Below, one piece after another: positions 1 to 7,729 of a stretch of DNA of 24,000 nucleotides. The stretch comes from Metabacillus lacus. GTDB taxonomy: Bacteria > Bacillota > Bacilli > Bacillales > Bacillaceae. Made by a program: the position numbers and the translations under genes. Position 1 is the stretch's first letter; the number at the start of each line of letters is the position of its first letter. The notes under the pieces are model-generated. The model saw only the letters and a list, made by a program, of their open reading frames with translations. It did no database searches and was not told the DNA's origin. The stretch covers positions 210,763-234,762 of the forward strand of contig NZ_WKKI01000002.1 of the NCBI RefSeq assembly GCF_009674805.1. Direction: 5' to 3'.

Positions 1-358
1 TCATTAACTCATGTGCTTCACTTTCATCAAAAGCCAAAAGAGCTCTCATCAGCTCTTCCATCAAATCCTGTGAATGGTTACGGGAGATATTCTCCTCACC
101 GTTCTCAGGAACACTCTCTTTCAGCCCGCTGTTTTCCATAAGATTGACGGCCTGACTAATCGTAAAGCCTTTATTCACTTTTGCAATCAGCCATTTCAGA
201 ATTTTTAAATGTTCCTCAGTATAAAGCCTGTGGCCGGAATCATTACGGACAGGCGCTATCATATTATATCTTCTCTCCCATGCACGAAGAGTACCGGACT
301 GGATACCAAGCATTTTGGAAACAGCTTTAATATTATATTTTCCTTCTTGATTAGACAT
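1..358 (-). CDS. MerR-family transcriptional regulator, N-terminal 119 codons only (gene runs off the left edge); suspected CarH/LitR-like B12-binding subfamily
   Basis: Not in the ORF track because it is truncated. My reverse-complement translation from ATG 358..356 is MSNQEGKYNIKAVSKMLGIQSGTLRAWERRYNMIAPVRNDSGHRLYTEEHLKILKWLIAKVNKGFTISQAVNLMEN...SQDLMEELMRALLAFDESEAHELM. It has a MerR HTH signature (LRxWERRY...GHRLY). RBS GGAGGAAAC lies 5-6 nt upstream. The open frame continues to position 1. Confidence 0.85.
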   Translation of the reverse strand, partial: MSNQEGKYNIKAVSKMLGIQSGTLRAWERRYNMIAPVRNDSGHRLYTEEHLKILKWLIAKVNKGFTISQAVNLMENSGLKESVPENGEENISRNHSQDLMEELMRALLAFDESEAHELM

Positions 359-453
359 TAGTGTTTCCTCCATTAAATAAATCACAATGGTAATGCGTAC
401 AATCAAATTATAATTGGTAAACATTACCTTAAGCGCGCAGCATCATGGCTTAA

Positions 454-482
454 ATTATATAGGATTAAACACACTGTGTAAA
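454..482 (-). promoter_or_regulatory. Sigma-A-type promoter for the MerR-family gene (TTTACA-N17-TATAAT)
   Basis: Minus-strand read is TTTACA CAGTGTGTTTAATCCTA TATAAT. The -35 is at 482..477 and the -10 at 459..454. The implied leader is about 95 nt and contains GGTAATG/CATTACC inverted repeats (389-395, 422-428). Confidence 0.55.
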
Positions 483-798
483 CTTTGTATAATCTTTGAA
501 AAGCAGTTGTGGGCGATTTTTTATAAAGAGATATTAATTAATTTCATTATAGCTCTGCAATCACTGGGTGCTGCATGGTTGAGAATGAGGATTCTGACCT
601 GATCAACAGGCATCACATTTCTGCTTATTTAAAGAATAGCTCTCCTTAGGTATTCCGCCTATTAATCCCAAAGCAGCATGAAAAGAGTTATTTTCCTGTG
701 CATCACTACAAAAGTTCTGTTTTTTTTTCCTTTGCAGCATTATTTGTCCTTTCCTAGCTGGATTAAACGGACCCTGTTACTTGTGAGGAAACAATAGT

Positions 799-1575
799 TT
801 ATTTATCGCAGCCTTTTTTCAACGTGATCATATGCACTTCCGGATGGGCACCAAGCCTGAGAGGAAGCTGAGTAGTTCCATAACCATTGCTGATGAGTGT
901 TATTAGGCCATTAGCTTTCTTAATACCTCCAGCTTCATAGGGTCCGAAGCCAAAAATTCGGATTTGCCCCCCGTGAGTATGGCCGCTTAAAATGAGATGA
1001 ATGGAATCATCAGCTTTTACCTTTTTCACAATATCAGGATTGTGACAGAGCAGAATACGAAAATCTGCTTCACCGCTCCCTTTTAAAGCCAGAGAAAGGT
1101 TATCCTTCCTGAATTTCATTTCATCCACACCCACAACAGCAAGTGATTTTCCTGTTTCGGACGTAAGCACTACTGAACTATTCTGTAAGACAGAAACACC
1201 GTGCTCTTCTAACATAGCTGTCAGCTCAAGAGTATCCACTTCGTAATCATTGTTCCCTAATACAAAATAAAGCGGACCTATTTCGGACAGCCTCTTGACA
1301 TTTTCTCTCGTTCTGCTGGCAGGTACACCTTTTTCCGTCATATCTCCGCCAATCAAAACAGCATCCGGACTGCTTGAAATCTTACTAATTAGTCTGTGAG
1401 TGACTCTTCTCCTGTGAATATCAGAGATAAATAACACTTTAAAGCCATCAAATTCCTCTGGAAGATTCCTAAAGTAAAGCGTTTGATTCTTTACATTATT
1501 TCTGAACGCATTATAAAGCATATAAAAAAACAAACATGCTCCAAATGCCATTGTGATATAAACAATTACCATCAT
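799..1575 (-). CDS. ypbG: Membrane-anchored metallophosphoesterase (YpbG-like)
   Basis: Calcineurin-like phosphoesterase motifs are present: SDIHRR, GGDMTE, GNNDYE, SGHTHGG. There is an N-terminal hydrophobic helix and RBS AGGAGGA. The second ATG (1572) has better spacing than 1575. The name is by synteny with the B. subtilis ypb cluster. Confidence 0.85.
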   Translation of the reverse strand: MMVIVYITMAFGACLFFYMLYNAFRNNVKNQTLYFRNLPEEFDGFKVLFISDIHRRRVTHRLISKISSSPDAVLIGGDMTEKGVPASRTRENVKRLSEIGPLYFVLGNNDYEVDTLELTAMLEEHGVSVLQNSSVVLTSETGKSLAVVGVDEMKFRKDNLSLALKGSGEADFRILLCHNPDIVKKVKADDSIHLILSGHTHGGQIRIFGFGPYEAGGIKKANGLITLISNGYGTTQLPLRLGAHPEVHMITLKKGCDK

Positions 1576-1607
1576 ATCCTCCTGCTGCTCCTCTTCTTAT
1601 TTGACAT

Positions 1608-1636
1608 ATCATATATAAAAACAGATTTCAAAACAA
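1608..1636 (-). promoter_or_regulatory. Candidate sigma-A promoter for ypbG (TTGTTT-N17-TATGAT)
   Basis: Minus-strand -35 TTGTTT is at 1636..1631 and -10 TATGAT at 1613..1608, with a 17-nt spacer. It lies about 30 nt upstream of the RBS and overlaps the U-tract of the ypbF terminator. Confidence 0.4.
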
Positions 1637-1673
1637 GGAAAAATGCCTGCTTCGTCAAGAAACGCAGGCATTT
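1631..1673 (-). terminator. Rho-independent terminator after ypbF
   Basis: A 10-bp stem AAATGCCTGC (1641-1650) / GCAGGCATTT (1664-1673) is followed on the minus strand by TTTTTCCTTGTTTTG. It starts 18 nt after the ypbF stop. Confidence 0.7.
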
Positions 1674-1690
1674 GCTGAAGCATAAGGACA

Positions 1691-2152
1691 TTATTTGCTC
1701 TCAAAAAATAAGTTTATGCCAAACTCACTTTTCATCATCGTATATACTTCATGTCTTTTCTTCCAGAAATAGGGCTGAGGCCACAGCTCCTGGCTTTTTT
1801 TGATAACTTCACACCTTAATTGATGATACTCAGCCTCAGCTTTTTCCTCTTTTTTCTTGTAATATACACAAGTTGCATAACCGGCTGCAATTCCAACGAC
1901 AAAGAATAAATGAAACGGATCCTGCACAAATCTGCTCAGTATGACTGTAAAATCAACCGTGTTCGGCTGAAGGATGAAGTAATAAAAATAGATCATAAAA
2001 CAAATGGCAAAACCGAATGTAAACAACTGACCCTGCAGGCACTTCTTTTTTAAAGTATCAAACTTTCTCTTCTTTTCAACAAGTCCCTGCAGCATATGTT
2101 TAGCGGGTTCATCAGTAGTATGCTGATCCAATTCCCTAATGGCCTGTTCCAT
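1691..2152 (-). CDS. ypbF: Small membrane protein, YpbF-like (DUF2663-type)
   Basis: The 153-aa ORF has RBS AAGGGTGATGAT before the ATG and two central hydrophobic helices flanked by Lys/Glu-rich segments. Identity is by position between ypbG and ypbE. Confidence 0.7.
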   Translation of the reverse strand: MEQAIRELDQHTTDEPAKHMLQGLVEKKRKFDTLKKKCLQGQLFTFGFAICFMIYFYYFILQPNTVDFTVILSRFVQDPFHLFFVVGIAAGYATCVYYKKKEEKAEAEYHQLRCEVIKKSQELWPQPYFWKKRHEVYTMMKSEFGINLFFESK

Positions 2153-2280
2153 ATCATCACCCTTGTCCGTTAATAATACATATTATGAAGGAAGGCAGCA
2201 TTCTATGAAGCAGAAGCTCTTATTTGAGAGAAAGCCGGGGGTATAGATATAGAGTAATTCTTACTTTAGTAACGTAAATA

Positions 2281-2312
2281 AACAACCCTCCCACATGTAC
2301 GGGAGAGTTGTT
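2281..2312 (-). terminator. Probable terminator after ypbE
   Basis: The minus-strand RNA forms AACAACTCTCCC - 8 nt loop - GGGAGGGTTGTT (12 bp with one G-U). The following tract is a weak TATTTACG. Confidence 0.5.
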
Positions 2313-2332
2313 ATCAGTTCAGCGGTTAGCAC

Positions 2333-3064
2333 TCAATATCTTTGAATTGGTATCTTTAACACCTGACCCTGATAGATTTCATTACCATGCAAATTGTTCC
2401 AGCTTCGTATCAGTTCTTCACCTGAACGACTGTTATAATACTTCATTGAAATACGAAATAAATTTTCCTCAGGGCCAACAGTATGGGAAATCACATCATA
2501 TTCCTCTGCAGGCTGGGGCTCTTCCGGCTGATTCTCTTCTTGTGCTGCGAGTGGAACAGTATCTGAAGCTTCATTCTGGGGAGAGCTGGTTTCCGGGTCT
2601 GCTGTGTCCTCAGCAGATTGTACAGAGGCAGGCTCCTCTTCCACGTTTTCTTGAGCCGGCTTACTGTCTTCTTGACGTTCATCAGCCTCTTTTTCGGCTG
2701 TCTGCGTTTCTTCCTTCGTTTCCTTTTGGAGTTTTATTGAGGCAGCCGGTACATTGCCGCTGCTGCCTTTTTGGATAAAGATATTTTCAAAATCTCCTCC
2801 CCCACCAAAGGGAAGATCGCCTTTGGCTTCTGTATAATATGAATAAGATAAAATCATGACTGGCAGCAGAATAAACAGTACAGCAAGAATACTAATAACG
2901 GGATATTTCAGCTTTTTATGCTTAGTGTTTTTTTCCTCCTGCTTTTTTACCCTTGTATGCACTTCTTTCCTGGAAGGATAAGCACCTGTTTTATCTTTTC
3001 TCTCTTGAATCATTTTCTCTTTATGATACTTTCTGCGGTCCATCTGCACTTTTTCCTGAGTCAT
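2333..3064 (-). CDS. ypbE: LysM-domain membrane protein with long acidic low-complexity linker (YpbE-like)
   Basis: The N-terminus is basic and is followed by one TM helix (YPVISILAVLFILLPVMIL) and then an E/Q/P/T-rich disordered stretch. The C-terminal LysM is YDVISHTVGPEENLFRISMKYY...IYQGQVLKIP. RBS is AGAGGTGAT. The start overlaps the ypbD stop by 4 nt. Confidence 0.85.
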   Translation of the reverse strand: MTQEKVQMDRRKYHKEKMIQERKDKTGAYPSRKEVHTRVKKQEEKNTKHKKLKYPVISILAVLFILLPVMILSYSYYTEAKGDLPFGGGGDFENIFIQKGSSGNVPAASIKLQKETKEETQTAEKEADERQEDSKPAQENVEEEPASVQSAEDTADPETSSPQNEASDTVPLAAQEENQPEEPQPAEEYDVISHTVGPEENLFRISMKYYNSRSGEELIRSWNNLHGNEIYQGQVLKIPIQRY

Positions 3065-3654
3065 CCTTTATCACCTCTATGTTTATAAGAAATTCTGATT
3101 TGCAAAGCAAAGACCAGATCGATTATAAAATGGGCAAAAATAGTCGTCAGCAGACTTCCGGTTGCCTCAAACACAATTCCCAGTAAAAAACTGACCCCGA
3201 CTACCATGATAAATAACACCCATTTGGTTATATAGCGGAAATGCAGGAGCGCAAAAATGATGCTGGCTGTAAAAAGGCCGAAATGCGTCTGAATGATTCC
3301 GCGGAACAAAAGCTCCTCTGTTACTGCAATTAGCGCTGTCAAAAAGATAATACTAGGCACGCTTTGGCTTCGAAATAGCTTTTCGTTGATTCCACCATCA
3401 TCAAGCATGTGTTCCGGCACAAATTTGACGAGCAGCAAGTCAGCTGCAATGACAAGAAGTGCGGTACCTCCACCTATAAAGAATATGCTGTAAAAGGAAA
3501 CATTCCACAAAGACATAAATTCTGCAAAAGACTGAAAAAGAAAGAAGCCCAAAAGAATTGATGCTAAAAGAAGGAAGGCTTGTGTGAGATACAGCTGCTG
3601 AACCATTTGTTTGTCTGTTAACCTGGAAATCAGCTCATTTTGGTTTTTAAACAC
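3061..3654 (-). CDS. ypbD: CPBP-family intramembrane glutamic endopeptidase (CAAX protease-like, YpbD-like)
   Basis: CPBP motifs EELLFRG, FALLHF and HFIID are present in a polytopic membrane protein. The start is GTG at 3654, 16 nt after the recS stop, and the RBS is weak. Confidence 0.8.
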   Translation of the reverse strand: MFKNQNELISRLTDKQMVQQLYLTQAFLLLASILLGFFLFQSFAEFMSLWNVSFYSIFFIGGGTALLVIAADLLLVKFVPEHMLDDGGINEKLFRSQSVPSIIFLTALIAVTEELLFRGIIQTHFGLFTASIIFALLHFRYITKWVLFIMVVGVSFLLGIVFEATGSLLTTIFAHFIIDLVFALQIRISYKHRGDKG

Positions 3655-3670
3655 TCATGAACAACTCTCT

Positions 3671-5131
3671 TTATAGAAAAATATCCTGCAATTCAAGGCG
3701 CCAGTCTCTCAATGGGCTGTTCTCTTCCTGCCTATTCCCTGCAGATAGATACGCTTTTAGCTGCAGTCCGCACACATCACAGCAAATCTCCGCTGCCTTT
3801 TGGGGTATTTGGCTGCCGAAATATTCGAGAATAAATTTTCTTCTGCAGGTGGTCAAGCTGGCAAACTCTACCATGTTTCTGAGCTTGTCATGCTTATGTT
3901 CCAATCGGGCAGAGATTCTCTGGTTTATGTAGCTGAAAAGCGGAATTTGCTGCTGTTCTTCAGCATGCTGACTGGTCAGGAAGGTCAAATATCTGCCCTG
4001 TGTTTCCGTAAAGCCGAAATGTTCGGGATTTCCCTCCAATATTTCCTGCAGATGATCTGTAAAGTACTTCACCTGATCTTTTTCTGGAAATTCTGATGAA
4101 ATCAGATTTTTGGGAATCTCAAAATCTCCCTTTGATATGAGCATAATTGCAATGCTGGGAAGACCATCTCTTCCTGCTCTGCCTATTTCCTGCATATATG
4201 ATTCAAGCTGTGATGGTATGTGAAAATGGATGACATATCTGACATTCTCCTTATTGACGCCCATGCCGAAAGCATTTGTACAGCAAACAACATCGAGCTG
4301 TCCATGTATATATTGCTGCTGTATGAGTATTCTCTGCTCGTTATCCATGCCTCCATGATAATATGCTGTTTTCTCAATTCCCTGTTCTCTTAAAGCAGCT
4401 GAAAGCTTCTCTGTCCATTGCCTGCTGCTGCAGTAAATAATGCCCGGACCTTTTAGCTGCTGCACAAGTTCACCCAGCCTGTTCAGCTTATCTTTTAACG
4501 AGTCATGCTGTTCCAGTGAAATACCAATGTTTGGCCGGTCAATACTCTGCAGCCTCTCACTCGGGTTCAACAAACATAACGAGGCTTTGATATCATCTAT
4601 CACTTCAGTAGTTGCAGTAGCGGTCAGTGCAAGGCAGACGGGGGAATTTAAAGAAGCCCTTATGCTGCCCAGCCTGGAGTAATCAGGCCTGAAGTCATGG
4701 CCCCATTGAGAAATGCAATGTGCCTCATCAACAACAAACAGAGATATATTACTCTGCCTGAGCGCCCTTAACACGCTGCTGTTTCCCAAGGCCTCAGGCG
4801 AACTGAAGATAAAGCGGTAATCCCCAAGAGAGTTCAGTGCCTTTTCTTTTTCAAATCCGTTCAAAAAGCTGTTCAGGGCAATGACCCTCTTTTCGCCCCT
4901 CATTTTTATTTGGCGGACCTGATCTTCCATTAGCGACAGCAAAGGTGAAACAATCAGAACGCTTCCTTCACCAACATATGCAGGAAGCTGATAACAAAGA
5001 GATTTGCCTCCGCCGGTTGGAAGAAGAGCGATCGTATCTCTGCCTGAGAGAATGTCGAGTAGAATGTCCTCCTGCCCGGGCCGAAATGATTCATAGCCAA
5101 ACCGCGATTTCAAAATGGGTGTTAAATTCAT
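3671..5131 (-). CDS. recS: RecQ-family ATP-dependent DNA helicase, short form (RecS-like)
   Basis: Walker A PTGGGKS, DEAH box VVDEAHCISQWGHDFRPDY, LTATA, and a RecQ zinc-binding region CRRKFILEYFG...CCDVCG are present. No HRDC domain is seen. The ATG overlaps the ypbB stop (ATGA). Confidence 0.9.
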   Translation of the reverse strand: MNLTPILKSRFGYESFRPGQEDILLDILSGRDTIALLPTGGGKSLCYQLPAYVGEGSVLIVSPLLSLMEDQVRQIKMRGEKRVIALNSFLNGFEKEKALNSLGDYRFIFSSPEALGNSSVLRALRQSNISLFVVDEAHCISQWGHDFRPDYSRLGSIRASLNSPVCLALTATATTEVIDDIKASLCLLNPSERLQSIDRPNIGISLEQHDSLKDKLNRLGELVQQLKGPGIIYCSSRQWTEKLSAALREQGIEKTAYYHGGMDNEQRILIQQQYIHGQLDVVCCTNAFGMGVNKENVRYVIHFHIPSQLESYMQEIGRAGRDGLPSIAIMLISKGDFEIPKNLISSEFPEKDQVKYFTDHLQEILEGNPEHFGFTETQGRYLTFLTSQHAEEQQQIPLFSYINQRISARLEHKHDKLRNMVEFASLTTCRRKFILEYFGSQIPQKAAEICCDVCGLQLKAYLSAGNRQEENSPLRDWRLELQDIFL

Positions 5132-6204
5132 TTGTGCAATATCTCCTTTCCAGCTACAGCAACGGCCAGCCTGATTTGAAAATAACTATACTCGTGTTTT
5201 AAAGCTTCTTTTAACACTTTCAGCTGAAACGTGTTTTTATTCTTGATTTCCCTGACAATCGCATCAAGCTGATCTGTTGAAATAAAACCTTCATATTCAA
5301 ACGCAGGATCATTCAGGGCAATTTCAACAATGTGGTCTTCGATCGTATTTTTTTTTAAGCCGCGCCGCACTGCGATTTCATCTATGGTAAAGCCGGAAGA
5401 AATAAACTGAAGCGTTTTTGCGGTGGAAGCTGTCAAATAAAGTCTTTCTCTCTTATGGGTATTTGCTATTTCGTGCAGGACCGGAAATTTCCCACTGTCT
5501 GCTTTTGATACAATGCCGTGAAGAACGTTCCAAAATGAGAGGGAGACAAACGACTCATTCTCTGTGAACATGTCTGCAATCTGGCTGTTCGTATATCCAA
5601 TACGTTTCGCAGAAGACAGTTTATATACAAAAATTTCTGCTTCAGCGGTACTGTGCTCTTGAAGCAAATGTGAGAGTTCAGCATATAATTGAGAAGATAA
5701 TGCCAGGCGCTCCTCCCTGTTTGCGGGCAAATATGACTTCAGCCAGGATATCGTTTTCTCATTGTTGGTAATTGGCAGGTAAGCTTTATGACCATCCTTG
5801 TAATTAGAAAGAACCTGTACCAAAAGAGCAAGTTTGCTCCAAAGCTCTCTTGCAGCATCGCCATATTCCCAGCCGTTCAGCAAAGAAGGGATGTGCCTCT
5901 TTTGCATTGTGCTGCTGAGAAATGTTTCACCCTGCTGAGTAATCAAATATTTATCCTCAGCTGAGCAGAGAACATATCCGTTTTCCACCAGGTACTTCCC
6001 AGCATCCTCTATGTCTCTTCTGGTGATATCCTGAAAAAGCGAAAACAGCTGGTGCAAATTGAATAAGCGGCAGTCCTGAATGGTCTGAGAAGATTTTTTC
6101 CCCTTAAACAGGTGATAAACTGCAGGAAGAGATCTTTCTCCCCTTAACATTTTAATACAAAAAAGGACAATGACTGCAAAATATTCATCTTTCACTAATA
6201 TCAC
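5128..6204 (-). CDS. ypbB: YpbB-like helicase-associated protein with C-terminal helix-turn-helix (HTH_40-like) domain
   Basis: The 358-aa ORF is translationally coupled to recS. The N-terminus (LRGERSLPAVYHLFKGKKSSQTIQD) matches my memory of B. subtilis YpbB. The C-terminal TIDEIAVRRGLKKNTIEDHIVE is an HTH. The start is uncertain (GTG 6204 or GTG 6195). Confidence 0.8.
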   Translation of the reverse strand: MILVKDEYFAVIVLFCIKMLRGERSLPAVYHLFKGKKSSQTIQDCRLFNLHQLFSLFQDITRRDIEDAGKYLVENGYVLCSAEDKYLITQQGETFLSSTMQKRHIPSLLNGWEYGDAARELWSKLALLVQVLSNYKDGHKAYLPITNNEKTISWLKSYLPANREERLALSSQLYAELSHLLQEHSTAEAEIFVYKLSSAKRIGYTNSQIADMFTENESFVSLSFWNVLHGIVSKADSGKFPVLHEIANTHKRERLYLTASTAKTLQFISSGFTIDEIAVRRGLKKNTIEDHIVEIALNDPAFEYEGFISTDQLDAIVREIKNKNTFQLKVLKEALKHEYSYFQIRLAVAVAGKEILHK

Positions 6205-6237
6205 CCTGCAAGATTTGACATGTTTCGATTTAACTCT

Positions 6238-6246
6238 ATTTTATCA
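6238..6246 (-). promoter_or_regulatory. Candidate extended -10 (TGATAAAAT) for ypbB-recS
   Basis: The minus-strand read is CTGATAAAAT about 30 nt upstream of the ypbB start. The -35 is poor (ATTTTC). Confidence 0.35.
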
Positions 6247-6385
6247 GTTTTCGGGAAAATGAAAATGTTTAAAGGGGTACTATAAGGGAAAATTACAAAT
6301 GAGAAACCCTCTATGATAAGCATTCTCAATGATTTTTTTATTGAAAAGTTAAAAAAACATCTTTACAATAGTATAGAAATAAGAG

Positions 6386-6414
6386 TTTACACCTTTAACG
6401 GTGTAAAGTACTAT
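6386..6414 (+). promoter_or_regulatory. Candidate sigma-A promoter for fer (TTTACA-N17-TACTAT) containing an 8-bp inverted repeat
   Basis: TTTACA is at 6386-6391 and TACTAT at 6409-6414. TTTACACC (6386-6393) and GGTGTAAA (6400-6407) form a perfect inverted repeat across the -35 and spacer. Confidence 0.5.
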
Positions 6415-6460
6415 TATAGATACTGTTCATTTATGAACGATTTTCAGGAGGTTTTTCTAA

Positions 6461-6709
<249 letters not shown>

Positions 6710-6711
6710 AA

Positions 6712-6748
6712 AAAAGCGAAAGCCCCGGCTTTCGCTTTTTTTTTTTTG
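6712..6748 (+). terminator. Rho-independent terminator after fer
   Basis: AGCGAAAGC-CCCG-GCTTTCGCT (6715-6736) is followed by a T11-12 run. An A-run upstream could give some bidirectional activity. Confidence 0.9.
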
Positions 6749-6985
6749 CAGAAAGAGCTATATACAGTTACTATGTTATTTTTTTGCTTTGAGTTTAAAC
6801 TCCGGTCGTATAACAAATATGAGGTTTTATTATAGTATCTCTGGAATCGCATAACTAAGCAAAAGACCAGTTACAGGAAGACCATTTTTTGATGATCCCC
6901 CTAACTGCCTTCAGCGCCGCAAAGCTAGTTTCTTGTGTCCCGGTTTCCAAATATTCAAAAATCCTCACTCGCACTTTAGAAATTC

Positions 6986-7029
6986 AAAATAAAAGATAAA
7001 ATAAAAGACTGCCGAGAGTATCTCGACAG
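6986..7029 (-). terminator. Rho-independent terminator after ribU
   Basis: The minus-strand RNA forms CTGTCGAGA-TAC-TCTCGGCAG (9 bp, one G-U; 7009-7029). It is followed by TCTTTTATTTTATCTTTTATTTT. Confidence 0.75.
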
Positions 7030-7084
7030 CCTGGGGACCTTAAATTTTACTTAAGCCTTAAGAATAAAAAATATTTTACTTTAT

Positions 7085-7666
7085 CTACGCACTTTTATAT
7101 ATCATTTGGTTTTTCAGCCAAGGCTGCAATTTAGAGAATAAGATCATAAACACTGAGGCAATAATTATTCCTTTAACAAAATTGAAAGGCAGTATACCTG
7201 CAACTATTGTTTGCCTTGTTTCTACCGCAGACATAGCAGGCATATTTAAAAATAAGGTATATGCCGGAAGAATCACATAGTAGTTTAAAATGCTCATGAC
7301 AACTGTCATTAACAGAGTGCCAAGCGCCAGACCGGCAAGCAGTCCTTTCGCTGACTGCAGTTTTCTGAATATTAGTGCTGCAGGCAGAATGAAAAGAGAG
7401 CCGGCAATAAAGTTTGCCATTTGTCCCACTGGTACGCCAGTCGCACTTCCCTGAATAAGATAATGCAGTACATTTTTAACAGCTTCTACTGTTATGCCCG
7501 CTATAGGACCAAACACTAGAGCCGCGATAATGGCAGGAACATCACTAAAATCAATTTTCAAAAATGGCGGAAGCCCCGGGAACGGGAAATCCAGCATCAT
7601 CAGAATGTAAGCAATACTGCTCAGCATCCCAACTGCTATGTTTTTTCTTAACTTACTTTGTTTCAT
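7085..7666 (-). CDS. ribU: Riboflavin transporter, ECF S component (RibU/FmnP)
   Basis: The 193-aa polytopic protein contains LDFPFPGLPPFLKIDFSDVPAIIAALVFGP, typical of RibU. RBS is AAAGGAGAGGAAAC. An FMN riboswitch lies immediately upstream. Confidence 0.93.
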   Translation of the reverse strand: MKQSKLRKNIAVGMLSSIAYILMMLDFPFPGLPPFLKIDFSDVPAIIAALVFGPIAGITVEAVKNVLHYLIQGSATGVPVGQMANFIAGSLFILPAALIFRKLQSAKGLLAGLALGTLLMTVVMSILNYYVILPAYTLFLNMPAMSAVETRQTIVAGILPFNFVKGIIIASVFMILFSKLQPWLKNQMIYKSA

Positions 7667-7729
7667 TTGTTTCCTCTCCTTTTCATGATCAACTTGAAAA
7701 GAAGCATTGGTCCATTCTTCCTGTTCACT

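Noticed and set aside
414-602. 62-aa plus-strand ORF in the MerR-ypbG spacer
   Set aside because: It has a TTG start without an RBS and begins upstream of the only plausible plus-strand promoter. Its composition looks like an AT-rich spacer translation.
2308-2778. 156-aa plus-strand ORF (and the 63-aa ORF at 2491-2682)
   Set aside because: It is antisense or out of frame within the ypbE acidic low-complexity region. It has no RBS, and its Cys/Leu/Pro-rich composition is typical of a shadow frame.
6285-6335. AAGGG...CCCTCTAT segment in the ypbB/fer intergenic region, superficially reminiscent of a preQ1-I riboswitch core
   Set aside because: The stem is only partially complementary and there is no A-rich tail or pseudoknot partner. 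Neither flanking gene relates to queuosine.
6750-6985. Unassigned spacer between fer and ribU containing a 39-codon minus-strand frame (VRVRIFEYLETGTQETSFAALKAVRGIIKKWSSCNWSFA)
   Set aside because: It has a GTG start with no RBS and no promoter. The stretch could be a gene remnant, but I cannot tie it to any family by eye. It is worth only a blastx check.
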